DNA of 64,000 nt. It comes from Polyangiales bacterium (GTDB lineage Bacteria; Myxococcota_A; Polyangia; Polyangiales; Ga0077539). Location of the stretch: positions 704,001 through 768,000 of the forward strand of contig JBGARZ010000002.1 in NCBI GenBank assembly GCA_044229975.1, in the 5' to 3' direction. Of this stretch, positions 56,345 through 64,000 are shown piece by piece. A program made the position numbers and the translations under genes. Position 1 is the stretch's first letter, and each line of letters opens with the position of its first letter. Below the pieces are notes generated by a model. That model was given only the letters and a program-made list of their open reading frames with translations, searched no databases and had not been told where the DNA came from.

Positions 56345-57856
56345 TCACGCCGCCGCGGAAGATACGCGCGACGCGTTGGCGAGCCGCGACGCGGCGACCC
56401 ACGCCACCGCCATGATCGAGTGCTGCGGGTTCACCCCGAGGTTGGTCGGAAACACGCTCGCATCCATCACATGCAGCCCCTGGACGTCGTGCACCGCGAG
56501 GTCGGCGTCGACGACGCTGCGACGCGGATCGCTCCCGGCGCAGGCCGTACCAAAGAGGTGCGACGCGATCATGTTGAGTTGCTGCGGGCGGATGGTGAGG
56601 CCCTCGATGGCCTCCACCTCGTCGACGCCCTTGAGCACGGACTTGAAGCCGCCGATGCCCGGGATGACCTCCTCGGCACCCGCCGCGAACATCATCCGGC
56701 ACATGAGCGCGACGCCGTAGCGGATGCGCTCCATATCCTTCGCGTTGGGGACGTAGTGGACGGCGGCGCCGCTGCCGCCACCGAAGAGCGCGGGTCGCAC
56801 CCGGCCGTGGGCCTCGGCGCGGCACACGATGCTCCACTGGGCGTAGTGGTCCATCTCGACGAGTCGACGCTGCCACACGCCGCCCGCGCCAGGCAGCCGC
56901 GGGGCTAGGAGCTCTGGCGGGAGCGAGAGGCTCTCGACCTTGATGCGTCGGTCGCGCAGCGGAACCTCGTAGCCCTGCGTGGCGCCGAAGCTCATGCCGA
57001 TGGGGTCGGCGAACCGCCCTACCACCGCGCATCCCGGGTGTGCCTGAAAGCGCTCGCCCACCATCCCCCGCAGCCCGCTGCGTCGAAGGATCACCGGCGT
57101 CTGCACGGCGCTCGCGCTCACGATCACCGCGCGCCGCGCCATCACCCGCAGCACTGCCACGGGCCGCCGCGTCTCGGGGTCGACCAGCACGCCCTCGACG
57201 CCGACGGCGCGGCCCCACTCCATCAGCACCCGATCGATGCGCGCCATCGTCATGAGCCGCGCGCCGTCGTTGATCGCGCGCGGGACGTACGACACGTCCA
57301 TGCTCTGCCGCGCCTCGCCGGGGCAGCCCTGGAGGCAGCGCGCGGTGCCCTTGCAGCGCGACGAGTTGCGGCTGATGGGCTTGCCCGGGAGGCCCATGAC
57401 CTTGCACGCCTCGGCCATGCGCTCGGCGTTGCCGCCCCACAGCGAGGGCGGCGTCTCGGTCACTTCAAGGTCGCGCTCGATGTTGTCGAAGGCGTCGTCG
57501 AGCGCATGACGCTCCATGAGGTGGGCGAGACCGTGCTCGTTGATCCACTGGTCGCGGACGTCTTCAGGGAGGCGCCAGATGATGCCCGAGTTGATGGCGG
57601 TGGCCCCGCCGACACAGCGCCCCTGGAGGAGCGGCAGCGGGTACGAGCCGCGCGTGGTCGCCGTCGCGAAGTCGCGGAACGCGAGGGCCATGGCGTCGAG
57701 CACCTCGGCGGGTCGCTCGGCCGTGCGGAGCTGTGGTCCCTCTTCGAGCATGAGCACATCGTGACCGGCGGAGGCGAGAACCCTCGCCGCGGTGGCGCCA
57801 CCCGCACCGGTGCCCACGATGACGAAGTCGGCGATGTCGTCGACGACCCTCATCAC
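56345..57856 (-). CDS. GMC family FAD oxidoreductase
   Basis: IVGTGAGG, GRCVGGATAIN, CKGTARCLQGCP, SHLFGT, PTNLGVNPQ. Confidence 0.92.
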   Translation of the reverse strand: MMRVVDDIADFVIVGTGAGGATAARVLASAGHDVLMLEEGPQLRTAERPAEVLDAMALAFRDFATATTRGSYPLPLLQGRCVGGATAINSGIIWRLPEDVRDQWINEHGLAHLMERHALDDAFDNIERDLEVTETPPSLWGGNAERMAEACKVMGLPGKPISRNSSRCKGTARCLQGCPGEARQSMDVSYVPRAINDGARLMTMARIDRVLMEWGRAVGVEGVLVDPETRRPVAVLRVMARRAVIVSASAVQTPVILRRSGLRGMVGERFQAHPGCAVVGRFADPIGMSFGATQGYEVPLRDRRIKVESLSLPPELLAPRLPGAGGVWQRRLVEMDHYAQWSIVCRAEAHGRVRPALFGGGSGAAVHYVPNAKDMERIRYGVALMCRMMFAAGAEEVIPGIGGFKSVLKGVDEVEAIEGLTIRPQQLNMIASHLFGTACAGSDPRRSVVDADLAVHDVQGLHVMDASVFPTNLGVNPQHSIMAVAWVAASRLANASRVSSAAA

Positions 57857-58305
57857 GCGGCCTCGGCGGTTGGCGTGAAGAGCGGCAGCGCGATGCGGGT
57901 GGGCGCGGAGACCAATGGGACGCGGCGCTCGTGGTTGGTGCGCGCGCGCGCCGAGGCCACGCGGAAGATGGACATGGACGCTGCGAGCTTGAGCAGCATC
58001 CCCATGCCGCGAAGGAGGATGAAGTCGTTGCCGCAGAAGCGCGCGAGCAGCGCCGAGCGATCGGCGGGCGCGAGGGACGCGAAGGAGGTGAGCCGCCCCA
58101 GCATGAAGAGCGGCGAGAGCATCACCACCACCACCGAGGCGCGCATCCCGAGCTGCGCGATGGCGCTCGACGCGTTGTACATGCGGGTCGCCCCCGCCAC
58201 GAAGTCGACCTCACCCGGCGCGAGCGTGAACCCCCCGGCGCCGGGGTCGACGAACGACGAGAGAACGACTGAGAGCCAGCGATGTTCGACGCGAGTCATG
58301 GTCAT
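57853..58305 (-). CDS. Small GMC-associated protein
   Basis: SFASLAPADRSALL; coupled to the GMC gene. Confidence 0.65.
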   Translation of the reverse strand: MTMTRVEHRWLSVVLSSFVDPGAGGFTLAPGEVDFVAGATRMYNASSAIAQLGMRASVVVVMLSPLFMLGRLTSFASLAPADRSALLARFCGNDFILLRGMGMLLKLAASMSIFRVASARARTNHERRVPLVSAPTRIALPLFTPTAEAA

Positions 58306-58308
58306 GGC

Positions 58309-59058
58309 TTAGGTCTCCTGCGAGGCGGGGTCAGAACCGAAGGCCGCCCGCAGGCGAGCCAGCATGTGGCGGTCGAGGCGCTCGATGAGCACCCGGGCGA
58401 AGCGACGCGCGCGGCCGCCATCGCGACGTTCGATGAGGTCGAGGACGCGGTCGTAGAAGCTCAGCGTCGCGTCGGCCTGCACCAGGAACGCGAGTTCGAT
58501 GCCGGGCTGCCGGTCGAGCATCCGGGCGATGGAGTTGGCGACGAGCACGAGGGCGGCGTTGTGCGTCGCGGTCGCGAAGCGCCGGGCGAGCGCGAGGTCG
58601 GACGCGATGTAGCGGGACGGCTCGTCGCGTAGTCCGCGCTGCACCGAGACATGTGATCGCAGCGCGAGGAGCTCGTCCGCGGTGCACCGTTCGGCCGCGA
58701 GCCCGATGGCCTCGACCGCGAGCATGCGGCGCAACTCCATGAGGTCGGCCAACAGCGCTACCGGGTCGCCCGCGACGTGGACGTCGGGCGCTGCCATGTG
58801 AACCAGAAGCTCGACCCCGCCCGTCTCGCGGAAGTCCAACACGAGCGTTCCCGAACCGTGCACCGCCCGCAGCAGCCCCTCGCCCTGCAGCTGCGTGATG
58901 GCCGCTCGCAGCGTCGCCCGGCTCACCCCGAGACGCGCCGACAGCTCCCGCTCGCCGGGCAACTTGGAGCCGGCCCCGTACTCACCGCGCAGGATCGATC
59001 CCCGCAACGAGGCGGCCGCAACGTCGTCAGCGCGGGTGTTGGAAGAGGGGGCGTTCAT
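58309..59058 (-). CDS. FadR/GntR family transcriptional regulator
   Basis: GSKLPGERELSARLGVSRATLRAA...GSGT; FCD domain (ELRRMLA, ATHNAAL). Confidence 0.92.
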   Translation of the reverse strand: MNAPSSNTRADDVAAASLRGSILRGEYGAGSKLPGERELSARLGVSRATLRAAITQLQGEGLLRAVHGSGTLVLDFRETGGVELLVHMAAPDVHVAGDPVALLADLMELRRMLAVEAIGLAAERCTADELLALRSHVSVQRGLRDEPSRYIASDLALARRFATATHNAALVLVANSIARMLDRQPGIELAFLVQADATLSFYDRVLDLIERRDGGRARRFARVLIERLDRHMLARLRAAFGSDPASQET

Positions 59059-59069
59059 CGAGGGCTCTG

Positions 59070-59084
59070 ACTGGTCTGACCAGT
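59070..59084. promoter_or_regulatory. FadR-type operator palindrome ACTGGTC-T-GACCAGT
   Basis: Perfect 7-1-7 palindrome 11 nt upstream of the regulator ATG; matches the FadR-subfamily TGGTCnGACCA pattern. Confidence 0.85.
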
Positions 59085-59249
59085 TGAGAGCCAGTGCGTA
59101 ACACGCGTAGCACCCCACGCGCAAGGCACGACGCGATGTGGGCCCATCTTCGGTCAGATGGCGGTGAACGCGGCGCGTCGACCACCGCCACGGCTTCGTG
59201 GCAGGCGAACGGTGGGTGGCAGTGTCGAGGGCTTGGAGGAGGGCCGCGG

Positions 59250-59999
59250 TCAGCCCGTGGAGACGGCAACGCCGACGGCGTCGGGGGCGTCGAACTGGTG
59301 CCAGACGCCGCCGATGCGTCGTTGGTGGGGGTGGTACTCGGCCTTGTAGTTCAAGTGGTCGCAGGCGGCGACATACAAGCCCAGGTAATACCACTCCATG
59401 CCGAGCTCGCGGCACAGCTCGATCTCGCGGAGCACCGAGAACACTCCGAGCGAGCGGCGCGCCTCGTCGGGATCGAAGTAGTGATAGACGCTCGACACCG
59501 AGCGCTGGCCGAAGTCGAGGATGCTCACGGCGATGAGGCGGTCGCCGACGAGGTAGCGGAGTTCCCAGCTGTCGACGGAGGTCTCGACGAGGAAGAAGCG
59601 GTAGTCGGTCTCGGTGGCGAGCTGCTCGCGCAGTGAGAGACCGCGCTCGCGCGAGTGCCGGTTGTAGAGCCGCAGGTGCTCGGCCGTGACCGACGGGCGC
59701 ACGCGCTCGACGGTGACGTCGTCGTTGCGCCGGGCGGCGCGGCGCTGCGAGCGCGTGGCGTGGAAGGTCGGAACGTGAACGCGGATGGCCTCGCACGCGC
59801 TGCACGAAGGGCAGGCGGGGCGATAGAGCAGTGGCCCGGAGCGGCGATCACCCTCGGCGAGGAGCTGGTCGAAGAGGTCGGGAGTGAGCCGCGCTGTGGG
59901 CATCCGCAGCGGAAGCTGCATCGTCGCGGTCGGGAGGTACGGGCACGGCTCCGGGTCGTTGGACACGACGAAGAACCTCACCGGCTGCTTCTTCACCAC
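59250..59999 (-). CDS. Ate1/Bpt-type aminoacyl-tRNA-protein transferase
   Basis: PCPYLP, GDRRSG, YRPACPSCSAC, SSVYHYFDP, SLGVFSVL, YYLGLY, NYKAEY. Confidence 0.92.
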   Translation of the reverse strand: MVKKQPVRFFVVSNDPEPCPYLPTATMQLPLRMPTARLTPDLFDQLLAEGDRRSGPLLYRPACPSCSACEAIRVHVPTFHATRSQRRAARRNDDVTVERVRPSVTAEHLRLYNRHSRERGLSLREQLATETDYRFFLVETSVDSWELRYLVGDRLIAVSILDFGQRSVSSVYHYFDPDEARRSLGVFSVLREIELCRELGMEWYYLGLYVAACDHLNYKAEYHPHQRRIGGVWHQFDAPDAVGVAVSTG

Positions 60000-60042
60000 C
60001 TGAACCTCCGGGGATGAGGCCGTCGGGTCAAGCGGCGAACCG

Positions 60043-60411
60043 TCAGCTGTAGTCCTTCTCCGCGCGCTCCTGGTCTTCCTTGCAGCGGATGCAGAGGTTG
60101 GTCTCGGGGCGCGCTTCCAAACGCTTCACCGCGATCTCCTCGCCGCACTCCTCGCAGAGCCCGAAATCCGCGCCGTCGATCTTCGCCAGCGCCCGCTCGA
60201 TCTTCTCGAGGAAGACCTTCTCGCGACCGCGGAGCCGGAAGGTGAACGACTGGAGGTACTCGCTCGACGCGAGGTCCATTTCATCGGGGAGGTCGTTGGT
60301 GTCGAGGGACATGTCCTCCGCGAGCGTGCTCTGCGCGCTTTGCAGAATCTGCGCACGCTTCTCCAGCAGCAATGCCTTGAACCGTTGCAACTCGGCCTTC
60401 GGATACGCCAT
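60043..60411 (-). CDS. dksA: DksA/TraR C4 zinc-finger transcription factor
   Basis: DEMDLA (DxxDxA), FGLCEECGEEI..RLEARP..LCIRCKE. Confidence 0.9.
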   Translation of the reverse strand: MAYPKAELQRFKALLLEKRAQILQSAQSTLAEDMSLDTNDLPDEMDLASSEYLQSFTFRLRGREKVFLEKIERALAKIDGADFGLCEECGEEIAVKRLEARPETNLCIRCKEDQERAEKDYS

Positions 60412-60450
60412 GAGACAAAACCCCTTTCCTACCGCCGATCAGGGCCGGGG

Positions 60451-60478
60451 AGGATATGGACGTTCGCTGAAGTGTCAA
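60451..60478 (-). promoter_or_regulatory. Sigma-70-like promoter of dksA
   Basis: TTGACA-N16-TATCCT followed by a GC-rich tract. Confidence 0.6.
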
Positions 60479-60572
60479 GCGAAACCTCCACGACCGCCTC
60501 GCGGCGCCTCTCCACACACCGGCCCAACAGCGCGTCGATGATTGCTGCGCGAGTACGGTAGATTCGCGGCCG

Positions 60573-61610
60573 ATGTTGCGCCCCTTCGCCCTCGCTCTGG
60601 TCGTCTCCCTCACCTCGGTCGCGTGCAGCTCGTCGACCTCGCCAAGCACCTCGGCGGACGCCAGTACCGCCGACGTCGGCAGCGCTACGCCAGACCTGCC
60701 CATGATCGTCGACGTCGCCACCGAAGACGCGCCCGCGCTAGACGTCGGCGGAGACGACGTCCCGCCCGCGCCGGTGGATGCGCCGCCCACCGCCGTCGAC
60801 GCCGGGCCCAGGGTGCGTGGTCACGCGAGCGTCATCCCGAGCACGCTGCGACCGACCGATGCGGTGCGCCTCATCGTCATGGGTGACTCCATCTCGGCCG
60901 GCGTCGGCGCGAGCGGTCGGAGCACGACTTCGTACGGCGCGCTGCTCGGAGCCAACTCCACCACGCGATGGCCTGACGCCATGAGTCTCGACCTCGCCGC
61001 GCGCTTTGGCCACGCCGTCCCCGTCGTCAACGTCGCGGTGGGTGGCGCGACCACCGGATCGATGCGCGCCGATCAGCCCGGCATGCTGCGAACGCGTCTC
61101 TCGCTGCCGGTGCGCGGCCACTCGGTGGTGGTCATCACCATCGGCGGCAACGACCTCCAGCTCGCCATCATCTCGGGCAACCCGGAGGGGGCAGTGCTCA
61201 ACAGCGCCATCAACAACATCCGGCAGGCCGTCCAGTTTCTCCAGGACCCGGCGAACTTCCCCGACGGCGTCTCGCTCTACATCGCCGCGGTGTACGACCC
61301 GAGCGACGGCGAGGGCTTCGTCGAGGGCTGCTTCTTCAACCTCCGACTGCCGACGTTCATCACCGGGCTCAACACCTGGCGCGCTCGCTACATCGCGCTC
61401 GGTCAGGAGATGGGCTTCGGCGTCATCGACGCGCTCGGCCACTTCCACGGCCACGGCCACAACTTCATGCACACGGACAACCCCTACTACGACACCGCCG
61501 ACCCCTCCGGCTGGTTCAGCGACTGCATCCACCCCAACGACCGCGGCCATCACGAGCTGCGCCGACTGTTCTTCGAAGCCATCGACGGAACGTACCGGGT
61601 GACTCCGTGA
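60573..61610 (+). CDS. SGNH/GDSL hydrolase lipoprotein
   Basis: Lipobox SVAC; GDSIS, GGATT, GGND, DCIHPN. Confidence 0.9.
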   Translation: MLRPFALALVVSLTSVACSSSTSPSTSADASTADVGSATPDLPMIVDVATEDAPALDVGGDDVPPAPVDAPPTAVDAGPRVRGHASVIPSTLRPTDAVRLIVMGDSISAGVGASGRSTTSYGALLGANSTTRWPDAMSLDLAARFGHAVPVVNVAVGGATTGSMRADQPGMLRTRLSLPVRGHSVVVITIGGNDLQLAIISGNPEGAVLNSAINNIRQAVQFLQDPANFPDGVSLYIAAVYDPSDGEGFVEGCFFNLRLPTFITGLNTWRARYIALGQEMGFGVIDALGHFHGHGHNFMHTDNPYYDTADPSGWFSDCIHPNDRGHHELRRLFFEAIDGTYRVTP

Positions 61611-62560
61611 AGGTTCTCCTCACGGGCGCTGCGGGCTTCATCGGGAGCCACACCGCCGACGCCCTGCTCGCGCGCGGCGACGAGGTGGTGGGCTTCGACA
61701 ACTTCAACGCGTTCTATGACCCGGCCATCAAGCGCCGCAACGCCGAGAGCCTCGGTGCGAAGCGCGGGTTCTCGCTCATCGAAGGCGACCTCGGCGACGA
61801 GGCTGCGCTCGACGTCACGTTTCGCGAGCACCGCTTCGACGCCGTCGTGCACCTCGCCGCGTGGGCGGGGGTGCGCCCCTCCATCGACACGCCGGGCGTG
61901 TACGTCGACGCCAACATCCGCGGCCTCACCAACGTGCTCGAGCGCATGCGGAGGGCGTCCGTCCCGCGGCTGGTGTTCGCCTCGTCGTCGTCGGTGTACG
62001 GCGGTCGCACGGAGGTTCCCTTCCGCGAGACCGACGTCGTCGATCGCCCCATCTCGCCGTACGCCGCGACCAAGAAGGCTGGCGAGGTCCTCTGCGCCAC
62101 CTGGAACCACCTCTACGGCATCCACGTCGCCGCCCTGCGGTACTTCACCGTCTACGGCCCACGGCAGCGACCCGAGATGGCGATCCACAAGTTCGCCACG
62201 ATGATCTCCCGTGGCCGCTCCATCCCCGTCTACGGCGACGGCAGCAGCGCCCGCGACTACACCTACGTCGCGGACATCGTGCAGGGGACCGTCGCGGCCC
62301 TCGACCACTGTGAGGGCTACGAGATCTACAACCTCGGCGAATCGCACACGACGCGCCTCGACGCCTTGGTGGAGAAGCTCGGTCGGGCGCTCGGCATGGA
62401 ACCGAAGACCCACCGCGAGCCCGATCAACCCGGCGACGTCCCCATCACCTTCGCGGACATCACTCGCGCGCGCAGCAAGCTCGGCTACGCCCCCACCACG
62501 CTCATCGACGAGGGCCTCGCGCACTTCGCCGAATGGTTCCATCGCGAAGGCGTCCGTTGA
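61607..62560 (+). CDS. NAD-dependent sugar epimerase (UDP-glucuronate 4-epimerase-like)
   Basis: TGAAGFIG, HLAAWAGVRPS, ASSSSVYG, YAATK, RYFTVYGPRQRPEMA. Confidence 0.92.
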   Translation: MKVLLTGAAGFIGSHTADALLARGDEVVGFDNFNAFYDPAIKRRNAESLGAKRGFSLIEGDLGDEAALDVTFREHRFDAVVHLAAWAGVRPSIDTPGVYVDANIRGLTNVLERMRRASVPRLVFASSSSVYGGRTEVPFRETDVVDRPISPYAATKKAGEVLCATWNHLYGIHVAALRYFTVYGPRQRPEMAIHKFATMISRGRSIPVYGDGSSARDYTYVADIVQGTVAALDHCEGYEIYNLGESHTTRLDALVEKLGRALGMEPKTHREPDQPGDVPITFADITRARSKLGYAPTTLIDEGLAHFAEWFHREGVR

Positions 62561-62561
62561 G

Positions 62562-64000
62562 ATGACCCTGGCGCGCGTCGAGCCGTGGCTCCGCGGCGCC
62601 GCCCTCCTCCTCCTCGTCTTCGCCCTCGTCGCCCCGCTCCCCATCGCGCTCCTCGACCTGCTCCTCGTCGCCAACCTCGCCGCGTCGCTGGTCGTCCTCG
62701 CTGCGTGCGCCACCGCGCGACCGCCCCGACTCGTCTCGGCGCTCCCCGCGGTGCTCCTCGGCGGAACCGTCGTGCGCCTCGCGCTGGAGCTCGCCGCCTC
62801 GCGCATGATCCTGCGGGGCGGCGATGCGGGCACCGTCATCCACGCCTTCGGATCCGTCGCCGTTCGCGGTGACGCGCTGGTGGGCGTCGCAGTGTTCGTG
62901 ATCCTGACGGTGGTGCAGTTCGTGGTGGTGGTGCAGGGCGGCGAGCGGGTGGCCGAGGTCGCCGCGCGCTTCGCCCTCGACGCGATGCCGGGTCAGCAGC
63001 TCGCCATCGACGGCGCCGTGCGGGCGGGCACGCTCGACGCGCGCGCCGCGAAGCGTGACCGTGACGCCCTCGAACAGCGGGCACAGCGCGCGGGCGCCAT
63101 GGACGGAGCGATGCGCTTCGTGAAGGGCGACGCCATCGCGGGGGTCGTCATCGTGCTGGTCAACCTCGTGGTCGGCACTGTCCTGGGCGCTACCCGCAGC
63201 GGGCTCCCCGTGCGCGCGGCAGCCGAACGCTACGCGACCCTCGCGATCGGCCAGGGGCTCGCGGCGCAGGTTCCCTCCATGCTGCTCGCGGTCGCAGCCG
63301 CGCTGGCGGTAAGTCGCCCGCAGAGCCGCCTCGACGAGAGCGTCTGGGTCGCCCCGATGACGCTGAGAACTGTCGCCGGCGTGCTGCTCGCGGTGGCAGT
63401 TGCCCCGGGCTTTCCGCTGTGGCCCTTCGCGACGATCGCCGCGGTGCTGCTCGCGCTGAGCTTCGCGCCGCGCCCGGCTCGCCTGGTCGACGCGCGAGTC
63501 CGCCTCACCGTGACGTCCGACGCCGGAGGTCAGGCCCTCGCGACGGACGCGAGGGCGGAGTGGAGTCGCTCCGCCGAGGCGCTGGGCATCAGTGCACCAT
63601 CCATCGAGGTGGTGCGCTCCGAAGGGGAGCCGACGCTCAGTGTCGACGGAACGGAGCACCTCCGCGGTCACTGGACCAACGACGACGTGGCCTCGCTCGT
63701 TCGATCGACGGCGCCGACCTGGGTCGACGTGGACGATACCGAGCGGCGCCTCGACAAGCTCTCGATCGACTCGCCCGCGTTGGTTCGATCGACCGTGCCG
63801 ACGTTGGCCTCGATCGCCAACCTCACGGCGCTCCGTCGGTGGCTCTGCGACGAGGGCGTTCCCGTTGGTGATCTGCGCGCGATGCTTGGTGCGATTCAGC
63901 GAGCGGGTGCGGTCGGCGACTCCGTCGATCGTTGGCGCTCCCGCGTTCGGGTCGAGCTCGGGCCGACACTGCAGGCGCACTTCGCCCCCAGGCGAGCGCT
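62562..64000 (+). CDS. Degenerate FHIPEP (FlhA/SctV) export-gate homologue; runs off the right edge
   Basis: Translated by hand from ATG 62562: PLPIALLDLLL, ERVAEVAARFALDAMPGQQLAID, GAMDGAMRFVKGDAIAG, GQGLAAQVP, PGFP, EGVPVGDLR. Confidence 0.9.
   Translation, partial: MTLARVEPWLRGAALLLLVFALVAPLPIALLDLLLVANLAASLVVLAACATARPPRLVSALPAVLLGGTVVRLALELAASRMILRGGDAGTVIHAFGSVAVRGDALVGVAVFVILTVVQFVVVVQGGERVAEVAARFALDAMPGQQLAIDGAVRAGTLDARAAKRDRDALEQRAQRAGAMDGAMRFVKGDAIAGVVIVLVNLVVGTVLGATRSGLPVRAAAERYATLAIGQGLAAQVPSMLLAVAAALAVSRPQSRLDESVWVAPMTLRTVAGVLLAVAVAPGFPLWPFATIAAVLLALSFAPRPARLVDARVRLTVTSDAGGQALATDARAEWSRSAEALGISAPSIEVVRSEGEPTLSVDGTEHLRGHWTNDDVASLVRSTAPTWVDVDDTERRLDKLSIDSPALVRSTVPTLASIANLTALRRWLCDEGVPVGDLRAMLGAIQRAGAVGDSVDRWRSRVRVELGPTLQAHFAPRRA

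Overview
High-GC chromosomal window. The gene content (four Hanks-type Ser/Thr kinases, a fimU-pilV-pilW-pilX-pilY1 cluster, a DUF1592/DUF1552 pair, many Cys- or Asp-rich lipoproteins, a degenerate FHIPEP export-gate gene) suggests a Myxococcota-like bacterium; this taxonomy is inferred. Core genes include glnD, an amidase, secDF-yajC, an M16 peptidase pair, rsmB, an S1-repeat protein, a PiT transporter, an Ate/Bpt-type transferase, dksA and tRNA-Asn. Main observations: (1) a kinase-FHA gene (17891-19456) lacks the invariant beta-3 lysine and instead has a lysine in the Gly-rich loop (GRGSVKQVY), the rearrangement that defines eukaryotic WNK kinases; (2) a ~4.9 kb integrase-less island remnant lies at the tRNA-Asn 3' end, with a partial att copy, a redox/electrophile-stress cassette and a frameshifted DUF429-like gene; (3) at least eight genes have a TAnnnT -10 box 6-8 nt before a start codon with no SD, suggesting leaderless mRNAs; (4) an isolated, degenerate FlhA/SctV gene sits 1 nt after a sugar epimerase. 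All family calls come from motif recognition by eye, not database searches.
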